From IMG/VR virus record IMGVR_UViG_3300045923_000041, positions 1 through 64,000 of that record: a stretch of DNA of 64,000 nucleotides. One strand, given 5' to 3'. Source of the stretch: an uncultured virus (IMG/VR IMGVR_UViG_3300045923_000041) (lineage: Duplodnaviria; Heunggongvirae; Uroviricota; Caudoviricetes). The notes below the pieces were generated by a model. It saw only the letters and a list, made by a program, of their open reading frames with translations. It searched no databases and was not told the DNA's origin. Within the stretch, counting starts at the first letter, position 1, and each line of letters starts with the position of its first letter. Shown here piece after piece: positions 44,709-53,576 of this stretch. Made by a program: the position numbers and the translations under genes.

Positions 44709-44737
44709 GTTGATTCGGGACCGTCTTGGGTTGTAGT
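44709..44737 (+). promoter_or_regulatory. class-I promoter
   Basis: GTTGATTC GGGACCGTCTT GGGTTGTAGT, followed by AAGGAG and ATG 44759. Confidence 0.8.
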
Positions 44738-44758
44738 TCCTGTGGAAGGAGCCCGATC

Positions 44759-46147
44759 ATGTGGTGCAATTTTTTGGGGGTCTCGGCGGCGGTTGTTTTC
44801 TCGGCGGTTCTCGCGGGATGCGGAGGCGCACCGTTCACGGCGGGTGACGCTGTCGGTGACCCCCCGGACTCTGGCGCTGGCACGGTCGATTCCGGATGCT
44901 GCGGCGACGTTCTGAGCCCCGAGGCGGGCCAGGACTCGCAGCCGACCCCCGAGGCCGGACAGGACTCGAACCCCGGCCAGGGCCAGGACAGCGGCTCCTG
45001 CGTGACCTGCCAGGACGCGGCTCCCGAAGCGGCTCCTCAAGACAGCGGTCACGTCGAGACGGACTCCGGCTCCTCGAACCATGACAGCGGAACGGACCAG
45101 GACTCTGGCACGCCGGATTCCGGCACCGTTCTCTCGGACTCGGGCACGACCTCGCAGGACTCGGGCACGACGACCCTTGACAGTGGGACTGGATGCTCGA
45201 CCGGCGAGACCCTCTGCAACGGTTCCTGCCAGCCTGGCGTCTGCGTCCTCGCGACCGGCACGGTGGGCTCCTACAACTCCGGGATCGCGGTGGCCTCCGG
45301 CTCTGTGTTCTGGTCTTCGTCAACGGCGGTCCTGGACGAGCCGACTTCGGGCGGTTCGCCTTCTACCTTCGTCCCGAGCGCCAGCGAGTACGTCGCTGTG
45401 GACGCCACGAACGTCTACTGGACGACCTCGGACTCCGTCCTCAAGTCTCCGCTGATTGGCGGAAGCGTCACCACGCTCGCTACAGGGTTGAAGACTCCCA
45501 TGGGCATCACCGTGGACGCCGCGAACGTCTACTGGACCAACCAGGGCACCCTGAACAATGACGGCACGGTGGTGAAGTGCGCGAAGAGCGGGTGCAATCT
45601 GCTTCCCACGGTGCTCGCGGCCGGACAGAGTGACCCTGAGGGTATCGCCGTAGACGCCACGAACGTCTACTGGACCAACATCAACCCCTCGGATGCCACC
45701 AGCGGTTCTATTGCGAGCGTGTCGATTGGCGGCAGCATTCCGACCACGATCGCCACGAACCAGTTCAACCCTGTCGCTGTTGTCTCGGATGGAACGAACC
45801 TGTACTGGACCAACACCGGGGACAACTCCGCCGCCAACGGTCAGATTGTGGAGTGTGTGATCGGGTCTTGTGCCGGCACGCAGGTCGCTCTCGCAATCTC
45901 GCAGCATCGCCCGTACGGTCTCGTCGTGGATGCAACGAACGTGTATTGGACCAACGTCGGCACGACCACCGCGAACTCCGGCTCCGTCCTGAGCGTTCCG
46001 ATCTCCGGCCAGGGTCAGGTGGCCCCCAAGGTTCTTGCTTCTGGTCAGGGTGAGCCCACGAGCCTCACCATGGATGCATCGAACCTCTACTGGATCGACA
46101 TCTACCAGAGCGCTGTCGGTCCCACGGTGAACAAGGTCGCGAAGTAG
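44759..46147 (+). CDS. lipoprotein with DSG-repeat stalk and 7-bladed beta-propeller
   Basis: VVFSAVLAG-C lipobox; repeated (Q)DSG; seven AVDATNVYWT-like repeats. Confidence 0.85.
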   Translation: MWCNFLGVSAAVVFSAVLAGCGGAPFTAGDAVGDPPDSGAGTVDSGCCGDVLSPEAGQDSQPTPEAGQDSNPGQGQDSGSCVTCQDAAPEAAPQDSGHVETDSGSSNHDSGTDQDSGTPDSGTVLSDSGTTSQDSGTTTLDSGTGCSTGETLCNGSCQPGVCVLATGTVGSYNSGIAVASGSVFWSSSTAVLDEPTSGGSPSTFVPSASEYVAVDATNVYWTTSDSVLKSPLIGGSVTTLATGLKTPMGITVDAANVYWTNQGTLNNDGTVVKCAKSGCNLLPTVLAAGQSDPEGIAVDATNVYWTNINPSDATSGSIASVSIGGSIPTTIATNQFNPVAVVSDGTNLYWTNTGDNSAANGQIVECVIGSCAGTQVALAISQHRPYGLVVDATNVYWTNVGTTTANSGSVLSVPISGQGQVAPKVLASGQGEPTSLTMDASNLYWIDIYQSAVGPTVNKVAK

Positions 46148-47236
46148 TTACTGCGTCCAATCGACGCGCAGGTACCCAGGCCCACCGACACCACCTGCGC
46201 GTCCAACTCGGCTTGCAGTCGCATCGTCTTGGATGCCACCACCGCCACCACCACCGCCACCGACAAGCCCGGGAGAACCGTTAGCCGAACTGGCGTACAC
46301 GCCGCCCGCACCACCGTTGCCACCGGCCGTACCTGGAACGTTACCAGCCCCACCGCCACCACCGCCCATAGCAGTGCCGAAAGTGTAGCTCGTCGAACCG
46401 CCACTTCCGAAAGCAGTGCTACCACCGATGACCGCAGGCTGACCTGTGGTGCCTATCGCGAAGTTGGTAAGGTCGTTCGATCCGAGACCGCCGGCCGAGG
46501 CAACCGTTGGGAGGAAAGGCGGCACGGTGGTGTTGTATCCCGGTGCCCCGTTGGAAGTCGCGGGACTGCCACCCGGCGAGTAGGCTGTACCGCTGTTGCT
46601 TCCGATCCCTCCCGAGCCTCCTTGGCCACCCGTTGCGAGAATGTTACCGCCCCAAGTGGTGCTGCCACCATTACCCCCGCTCTGACCGTTACCGTCCGGA
46701 GCAGTGCCACCGTTGCCGCTCGTCCCACCAGCCCCAACGATGATGATGTACGAGGAACCGGGTGCGATGGCCGGGGTCGTGGTCGAGTCCAAGATCAGGC
46801 GGGTTGCCAAAGCTCCGGCCCCACCCCCACCACTTCCGCTCTTGTTGGTACCCGACAAGAGCGTTCCGCCCGACCCACCGCCGCCACCGCCGCCACCGCA
46901 CGCTGTCACAACAACGCTCGTCACACCCGCAGGGACGTAGAATGCGAAGCGCCAGGTGATGGTGCCGGGGTCCTCGATCACCGCGCTCGGGTTGTAGACG
47001 ATGGCCTCGTAGATGGACGAGACAGCGATGATGGGGAAGGTACCGTTGTTGACCGAGTTGGCTGCCCCCGAAAGAATGAGGGACTGTCCAATCATCGTGT
47101 TGTTCATGGTCCCAGAACCATCCGGGTTCTGAAGACCGCCAACGGCCATACCGATGCCGCCGAACTGGCCAACGGCCGGAACGTAGCCCGTAGAGGCAAA
47201 GCGAGAGGTGAAAATAGCGTAGTGCGAGCGTGCCAT
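46148..47236 (-). CDS. glycine-rich tail fibre-like protein
   Basis: Start MARSHY (GAGG SD); VPAGVTSVVVTACGGGGGGG...IIVGAGG...GGVGGPGYLRVDW. Confidence 0.75.
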   Translation of the reverse strand: MARSHYAIFTSRFASTGYVPAVGQFGGIGMAVGGLQNPDGSGTMNNTMIGQSLILSGAANSVNNGTFPIIAVSSIYEAIVYNPSAVIEDPGTITWRFAFYVPAGVTSVVVTACGGGGGGGGSGGTLLSGTNKSGSGGGGAGALATRLILDSTTTPAIAPGSSYIIIVGAGGTSGNGGTAPDGNGQSGGNGGSTTWGGNILATGGQGGSGGIGSNSGTAYSPGGSPATSNGAPGYNTTVPPFLPTVASAGGLGSNDLTNFAIGTTGQPAVIGGSTAFGSGGSTSYTFGTAMGGGGGGAGNVPGTAGGNGGAGGVYASSANGSPGLVGGGGGGGGGIQDDATASRVGRAGGVGGPGYLRVDWTQ

Positions 47237-47243
47237 GTTTACC

Positions 47244-49829
47244 TCAGCTCGATGAAACGAACCAGTTGGTCCCATCCGACGTGAGCTGCCAGGTACCCCA
47301 GGCAGAATCCAACAGGTACGGACCCGTAGTACCGTTGATGGTCTGAGACCCCGTGGGCAGAAGCAAAAACGGGTAAGTCCCAAGGTTGCCGGTCTGGTCG
47401 ATGAAGGCCACGCGGCGACCGGCGTACTTCCCAGCGGTCAAATCTGGCAGAGTGAACGTGATCGCGGCAACGCCCGTTTGCAGGAAGACAGTGGCGTCGT
47501 CGTACCCCGCAGAGTCCAACGAGTACGGGCCGGTGGACGGACCGCAAACACGTGTGTTGCTGTAGGGCGTCCGACCTTGAAGGACGTACCAAGAGGTTCC
47601 GTCGCACTCCAGGATGTACTGAGCGTTGGGGCTTGTGAGCGGGTAGGTAGTGTGACCCTGAATGAGTTCTGCGCTCTTCGCCGTGCCGCCGCTCACGTAC
47701 GCGTTGACGAACGTGGTCCCGTCGAGCAGGAAAGTGAACGAGTCAATCACAGTGACGAAGAAGGTACCGTTCGCTTCTGTCGTGCCGGTGACCCCAGAGA
47801 TGGTCACCTGTCCGTGCGTGACGAAGGTGTGCGAAGCCGTGAAGACTTCGATCTGACCACCTGCACCCGAGACGATGTTGCTGACTGCGACCGCACCGCC
47901 CGTACCGTTGAAAGGCTGCAACGTGACTGCGGAAGACGTGCTCACGGAGCTGTCCGTCATCAGGTAGATGCGCTGACCCGACCTCGTGTAGGGGTCCTGA
48001 AGATTGAAGTTGGAGCTACCTGATCCCGTGAGCGTGACCGTCGAGTCACCCTGCTGGAGGTTCGTGCCGCCAGAAGCCTTGCGGACAGCGAAACGGTCGT
48101 TGATGTACCCCAGGAGGAACGAGAGCTGCACGCCGAGCGCGTACTCGGGCAGGTTGTAGGGCGGGCTCAAGCCCGTGCCGCTGTTCGCAATCGCCCCCGA
48201 GCCGACACGATCGCTACCCGAAGTGGAGAAGTACGACGCCGTTGCCGACTGCGCCGTATACGAACCCGTGTAGGTCGAGCTGAAGAGCGTGTAGTGAGTC
48301 GAATCGATCCGCGTCGCTGCCCAACCGCCGTTGAGCACCATGCCGCCGGACGTCACCGCGCCCGAGATGACGAGGTACAACACAGACGAGAAGGGGAACG
48401 CCGGCAAGAGAGGCTCTTGCGTGTGGATCTGGATGAGACCACCGTTGTTGGAGACGTCGAGGACAGTGGTCCCCACGAGGGTCCCGTACTGGAACGTGCC
48501 CCCGCCGATGTAGTTTTTGTTGAACGTCGAGCTTTGCAGGTCGTAGGTGTACGCGTTGATCTGCGTGACGACCCACAACCCGTTGGCTTCCCCGGCACCA
48601 GAAACGTTCTGGATGATGACGTGACTACCCGTGGGGACGCTGACACTGGAGGCCAGCGTCACACGAATGAGCCCAGACCCATTGTTTGCAACGTTGACGA
48701 TCTGAGCGTTACCACCCGTCTGGCTGCCCATCGCAGAGACGAAGCTCTCGATGAGGCTCTGCACCGAGCCCGCGGTCGGAGCCCCTGGACCCTGAGAAAC
48801 GGTGGGTGTGGTGCCGTCTGCAAGAGTCGCGAGCGTCTGGCGAGCGCCGATACGGTCGCTACCCGTGGCCAATGCCCAGGAGATTTGCGGAAGGGAGCCC
48901 GTTGCGGTGAAGGTGGTCGGGCCAGGGAAGTTGGCCGTCAGCACGATAGCCGTACCCGTAACACTGAGCACCGTGGCCGAGTAGTACGTGCCGCTGCAAT
49001 CGAACAGGATGATGTCGCCCGGGATGATGACACCCGTCTGACTGGTGGTAGCCGTGACGTTCGGGCTCAAGCCCACGACACTGAACGTACCGGAGAGCGG
49101 GACACCGATGTCCGTGACAGCGCTGGCCCAAGACCCGCCCGGAACTGACGCGGAGAACTGGCTCGTTGGCGTCAACGGGAACGTCCCATTGTTGCCCGCG
49201 TGCACTGAATCGTAGACGGTGATGTTCCAGCCGTAGTAGTTCAGCCAGTTCGAACCGAGGTTGATGCCCTGGATCAGGACGTTCGGACCACCGGCCACGA
49301 TGGACATGGCGGTGCCGCTCGTCTCCTGAGCCAGCATCCGGATCACCTGATCGAGCAGGTTTTGGAGCGTACCGGCGCCCGTGTTCAAGCTCGGGGCGAG
49401 ACCGTCCACGAACGCCACGTCGAGAGACGACGCACCGATCGCGCTCATGCCCTGTGTACCAGTCGGGGAACCGAGCTGCGTGATCAAGTTCTCAAGCAGC
49501 GCTTGGAGTGTGCCACCCGTGACCGTGTTGCTGTTTGCGAGAGTTGCGGTCGTCGGGCTCGTACCGCTGATCCTGTCCGCAGCGGAGTGCAGACGGGTCA
49601 GGTTGGTCAGGTCCGTGATGAACTTCGTGAGCTGCGCCCCGACGTTCGTTGCGGGGTTCGTGGTCCCGTCCAACCAAGGGCCGTCACCGACCCAAGAGAC
49701 CTGGCTCGCAAGAGCAGCTCCACCACCGCCGCCGCTGGGGGCGAGGAGTGCCGAAGCCGGAACCGTGCCGACCGAGAGCTTGCCCGGCCCCGGGTTGACC
49801 GAGGAAAGGGGGTCAGAAGTGGACGGCAT
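47244..49829 (-). CDS. tail fibre-like protein with FCCH-like repeats
   Basis: Three GLI(R/Q/E)V...VxIxGV.G..EANG.W/F.VT.I....F.L repeats; C-terminal FTLP...GRRVAFID...SDGTNW. Confidence 0.7.
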   Translation of the reverse strand: MPSTSDPLSSVNPGPGKLSVGTVPASALLAPSGGGGGAALASQVSWVGDGPWLDGTTNPATNVGAQLTKFITDLTNLTRLHSAADRISGTSPTTATLANSNTVTGGTLQALLENLITQLGSPTGTQGMSAIGASSLDVAFVDGLAPSLNTGAGTLQNLLDQVIRMLAQETSGTAMSIVAGGPNVLIQGINLGSNWLNYYGWNITVYDSVHAGNNGTFPLTPTSQFSASVPGGSWASAVTDIGVPLSGTFSVVGLSPNVTATTSQTGVIIPGDIILFDCSGTYYSATVLSVTGTAIVLTANFPGPTTFTATGSLPQISWALATGSDRIGARQTLATLADGTTPTVSQGPGAPTAGSVQSLIESFVSAMGSQTGGNAQIVNVANNGSGLIRVTLASSVSVPTGSHVIIQNVSGAGEANGLWVVTQINAYTYDLQSSTFNKNYIGGGTFQYGTLVGTTVLDVSNNGGLIQIHTQEPLLPAFPFSSVLYLVISGAVTSGGMVLNGGWAATRIDSTHYTLFSSTYTGSYTAQSATASYFSTSGSDRVGSGAIANSGTGLSPPYNLPEYALGVQLSFLLGYINDRFAVRKASGGTNLQQGDSTVTLTGSGSSNFNLQDPYTRSGQRIYLMTDSSVSTSSAVTLQPFNGTGGAVAVSNIVSGAGGQIEVFTASHTFVTHGQVTISGVTGTTEANGTFFVTVIDSFTFLLDGTTFVNAYVSGGTAKSAELIQGHTTYPLTSPNAQYILECDGTSWYVLQGRTPYSNTRVCGPSTGPYSLDSAGYDDATVFLQTGVAAITFTLPDLTAGKYAGRRVAFIDQTGNLGTYPFLLLPTGSQTINGTTGPYLLDSAWGTWQLTSDGTNWFVSSS

Positions 49830-52800
49830 TACGTATTCCTCTTGGTGAGCAAGTTGCCCTTGATTCGGAAGATGCTCGCGGTAGTCGTGTTCAAGGCAAG
49901 GTTGCTCTCGAAGTAGACCCCGTTGTCCTCGTCGAACACAGCCCAGCGGATGAGAAGAATCAGCACGAGCTGACCCTTGTGTCCGTACGCCGATGCCGTG
50001 GGCAGCTCAGCGAGGATCGGCTGGATGACCTTGTGCTTGATCGGGTCCGACAGATCTTGAGCGAAGGCGTTCGGAACGTACCCAGATGGCACGCTCTTGA
50101 AGAACGTGCGCCCCTCTGCGTCGATGTCCGAGCCAGACGCGCGGTTGAACGTGACCGCTTCAGGGTCAGGCGTGAAGGGGACGAACACGGGCAGCCTGAG
50201 CATGCCGGTCGTCGCGTTGAAGTCCGCGATCGAGATAGCCGACCTGGAGTTCAACTCGTGCTCGCCCGTGTACGAGCCGCCCGAGGTGTTGTAGATGCCG
50301 CCCGTTTGCACGTAGGCCGTGGGGAACGGGTAGCCCACATCTTCCGAGGCAGGTCCCTGCGTCAGCGTGTAGAGCGACGGAGAGATGTACCGGGGAATGA
50401 CCGTCTGCGTCGTCCCGATGATCGAATCGCGCCCTGTCTGCGGAGCCCGGGTCTCGTACCAGACGATCAGCTCGACTGCGGTAGGCGCAGCCGGTACCGG
50501 GCGAAGCGCCGAGTAGGAGTAGCTGAGGGTGTCCCCCGAAACCGTCCAGTCAGCCGTGTTCGTGAAGGTGGCGATGCGCCCCGTGGCGTCGAGCGTCACG
50601 GAACCTGCGATGGGCGTACCGTTCTTCTGGATCGACGTAGGAATGGCCGAAGCGCGTTCCGGGATACGGAAGGAGATCCCGTTCATCGTCCAGGAGATCG
50701 ATCCGCTGTTCGCGTCAGGGAAGACGCCTCCAGAGTTCGTGATCTGAACCGACGTAGGCGACAACCATGCCGCGATCGGGAAGGAGCCGTTGTTGCCACC
50801 GTTCGCTGCCCCCGAGAAGAGAATGCGCTGGCCCACCATCTCGGGCACCATCGCCGTCAGACCTGTGATGGTCACGAGGGGCGAAGAGAACGCTGAGATC
50901 GTGGCCGCAGCGCCAGAACCCGTCAGGGCGTTCTGCGTCGCAATCGCGATCGAAGAGGTCGTGTACTGGATCTGCGCTTCACGGTGCGTGTTGTCGATCG
51001 ACTCGTTCGCGTAGGCGCTGAAGTTGTACGGCGTCCCCGAGGGGATCGCCTGCACGACCTGGAAGCTCGACGAACCGTAGTTGTTGGTCGGCGTGCGCGT
51101 CAGACCGTTGCCGGTCGGGTAGCCCACGAGGATGTCGAGATACAGGGTCTCGTTTGAGATGCCCGTACCCGTCAGAGCGTCGAAGGTAACCGACAGGGCT
51201 GTGATGGGGATCACGCCCGTGTTCAAGACCTGTGTGATGTGGTTCTTGGCGTAAACGGTCTTCTTGCCGCTGGCGGAGCCGATGAAGAGACCCCCAAGAA
51301 CGTCGTACGCGATGGCGTTGGCACCGGACGTCGCCGCCCAGTTGAACGCCGAGTACGGGTAGATCGCCAGAGACGTGAAGTCGATCGTGACCGTCGAGTT
51401 GGCCCAGCCGCCGCCCGGAACCGGGATGGCAACCGTGATGACCTCCAAGATAGGACGATCCGAGAACGTCCTCCTGGCCGCGTCGAAGGTACCGATGAGA
51501 GGGCCGGTACCATCCGAGGGGAACGGTCCAATCTCGTCACCCCAGAGCACCGTGGCGCCGTTCGAAGTGCCAGCGTACGTGTTCGTGAACCACTCTGTCG
51601 TCAGAGCGTTGTCGAACAGGTACGTCATGTTCTTCTCAAGCAGCTCGGCGTAGTTCCAGCCGACCGGAGACACGCCCATCCGAAGATCGACGACGTCACG
51701 CGACACGATGACGTCCGAAAGCAGGCCGTCAGGACGATCCGAAGCAGCGGGCGAGACCTGGCCACCGTTCTGGTTGGTCGTGCGAGCGAAGCCGCTGGAG
51801 TTGCGGCGGAAGACTGCCATGAGCGGAATGGCGTACATGTAGCCATCCACCGTGCCGAGCGTGTTGGCGGGGTTGCCGTCGCCCGCGATCCACAAGCCGG
51901 GGTCCCCAGCGCCGCCCGCGTTCGAGTAGGTGAACAGCGTGGTCACACCGTCCGGAGCCGTAGAGACCGCCGGAACCGAGTTGGCGACCATCGTGGGGTC
52001 GTCCATCCCGTAGGGGTACGAGTAAACGTCGATCCCCGGGACGACGCGGAGGCGGTACTGGATCTGAACGCGCTTGGTGGTCTCAGCCCCGACGTTCGCG
52101 TTCAGGATGTCGTCCGCGAAGTTGAGGGACATGTCCTGCGCGGGGTCAAGCTTGACGTTGCCGTACTCCCAGATGCGGCCCGCGGGGCTCTTGCCCACCG
52201 TGCTAGGAGCCGCAGAGAGCAAGCAGCGCCACACTTCGAGGATGACGACGTCCGTACGGTTCACGCCAGCGCCCGCAGGCGGGGCCGGCATGACGAGCTG
52301 GTTCAGCCCATGCGCGGGGGGAGACCCGGCGAGGTTCGTGTTCGAGACGTTCAGAATCCAACCGTTGACCTGCGCGATGAGGTTGTTCGGGATCTGGATG
52401 GTGTTCGGGGCTCCAAAGAGAGCCGTTGCGCTTCCGGAGGGCGTGCCCGTATAGGCCGAGGTCAGGACGATCGCGGTACCCGTAACGGAAAGCACCTTGT
52501 AGTTGACGCCCGCCTGGGACGAGAACGAGATGATGTCACCAGCGAAAAGAAAGCCCGTCTGCGAGACAGACGCCGTGACCGAGGTGCTGGCGGAGACCGT
52601 GAACGTGCCAGAGAGGCTGCCCGCCGCAGTTCCGACGAAGATCGCCGTCGTGGGGTTGGACGAGCCTGTGAAGTCGTCCGAGATCCACCCCGAGGGCATG
52701 GCAGCACGGACGCCAGCTTCGGCGCTGCCGCCGTCGATGTCTTGCTGAAGATTCAGTTCGACATCGAGGAGCGGCTTGCCCGCCTGCGTGACCACCGTCT

Positions 52801-52876
52801 CCCAGTTGCGAGACGTGGGATCGAGGTAGCCGCTGACCGCAGGGCCATAGTTCTTGGTAACGTCGGGGAAAGTCAT
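49829..52876 (-). CDS. large virion (baseplate/tail-like) protein, 1015 aa
   Basis: VVTQAGKPLLDVELNLQQD, ETTKRVQIQYRLRVV, GDPGLW.AGDG, VDGY.YAIPL and RPDGL shared with 39365-43927. Confidence 0.75.
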   Translation of the reverse strand: MTFPDVTKNYGPAVSGYLDPTSRNWETVVTQAGKPLLDVELNLQQDIDGGSAEAGVRAAMPSGWISDDFTGSSNPTTAIFVGTAAGSLSGTFTVSASTSVTASVSQTGFLFAGDIISFSSQAGVNYKVLSVTGTAIVLTSAYTGTPSGSATALFGAPNTIQIPNNLIAQVNGWILNVSNTNLAGSPPAHGLNQLVMPAPPAGAGVNRTDVVILEVWRCLLSAAPSTVGKSPAGRIWEYGNVKLDPAQDMSLNFADDILNANVGAETTKRVQIQYRLRVVPGIDVYSYPYGMDDPTMVANSVPAVSTAPDGVTTLFTYSNAGGAGDPGLWIAGDGNPANTLGTVDGYMYAIPLMAVFRRNSSGFARTTNQNGGQVSPAASDRPDGLLSDVIVSRDVVDLRMGVSPVGWNYAELLEKNMTYLFDNALTTEWFTNTYAGTSNGATVLWGDEIGPFPSDGTGPLIGTFDAARRTFSDRPILEVITVAIPVPGGGWANSTVTIDFTSLAIYPYSAFNWAATSGANAIAYDVLGGLFIGSASGKKTVYAKNHITQVLNTGVIPITALSVTFDALTGTGISNETLYLDILVGYPTGNGLTRTPTNNYGSSSFQVVQAIPSGTPYNFSAYANESIDNTHREAQIQYTTSSIAIATQNALTGSGAAATISAFSSPLVTITGLTAMVPEMVGQRILFSGAANGGNNGSFPIAAWLSPTSVQITNSGGVFPDANSGSISWTMNGISFRIPERASAIPTSIQKNGTPIAGSVTLDATGRIATFTNTADWTVSGDTLSYSYSALRPVPAAPTAVELIVWYETRAPQTGRDSIIGTTQTVIPRYISPSLYTLTQGPASEDVGYPFPTAYVQTGGIYNTSGGSYTGEHELNSRSAISIADFNATTGMLRLPVFVPFTPDPEAVTFNRASGSDIDAEGRTFFKSVPSGYVPNAFAQDLSDPIKHKVIQPILAELPTASAYGHKGQLVLILLIRWAVFDEDNGVYFESNLALNTTTASIFRIKGNLLTKRNT

Positions 52877-52892
52877 CTGACGCTCCGTACCC

Positions 52893-53528
52893 TCAGAAGG
52901 TCAAACGCCACACGATCGTGAGCGTCGAGGTCGCTGGCTTGTTGATGACCGGAAAGGTCAGGTAATTGACCAGCGTCTCGAACTCCGTGAGGTCCACCGT
53001 GGGGTCATAGGACCCGTTTGGGGGTGACACGGGGTTGCGGACGTTGAGGTTCGACGAGACGTTGCCCCCGATGAGCCCCATCTCGACGAGCGGTCCAACC
53101 GCCTCCGACTCTGCGAAGGTCGTCGTGAAGTCCACAACGTTCGTCGGAATAGCGACCGGAATGCCCCCAGCGTTGATGAACTGCGTGTTGGCAAAGGTCT
53201 TGCGCGCAAGCTCCGAGTAGAGGGCGCGCTGAGTGTTCGTGGGCGCCGGAGGGGTCATCGGGTTCCACCCGATGTCACCCGTGCCCATGGCCAGGCAGAA
53301 GATGCCGTTCGGCGGCTCGGCGTTGTCCTTCATCAACCGAGCGATGAGGATCGACGCATCAAGAACGACGAGGTTGTACCGATGGTCCTGGACTTCGCCC
53401 GTCTTCGCGTCCCGCAGAGTGATGAAGACCTCGCCCTTGATCTTGCGGCGAAGGTTCTCCTCGAACTTGGGACTGAACGCGAATCGGAAGGCGTTGGCCG
53501 TACGTCGAAAAGCCTCGCCGATCTTCAT
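52893..53528 (-). CDS. phage tail-collar/baseplate protein (DUF3751-like)
   Basis: NLVV, AMGTG, TQRALYSELARK, FTTTFAESEAVGPLVEMGL, TFPVINK...IVWRLTF. Confidence 0.75.
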   Translation of the reverse strand: MKIGEAFRRTANAFRFAFSPKFEENLRRKIKGEVFITLRDAKTGEVQDHRYNLVVLDASILIARLMKDNAEPPNGIFCLAMGTGDIGWNPMTPPAPTNTQRALYSELARKTFANTQFINAGGIPVAIPTNVVDFTTTFAESEAVGPLVEMGLIGGNVSSNLNVRNPVSPPNGSYDPTVDLTEFETLVNYLTFPVINKPATSTLTIVWRLTF

Positions 53529-53576
53529 GTGCATCTCCTCGGGTTCATCCGAGGGGCTGTATAAGAAGCCTAGCGG

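Noticed and set aside
46148..49829. Diversity-generating retroelement acting on the tail fibres
   Set aside because: No reverse transcriptase and no adenine-mismatched TR/VR pair were noticed in the window
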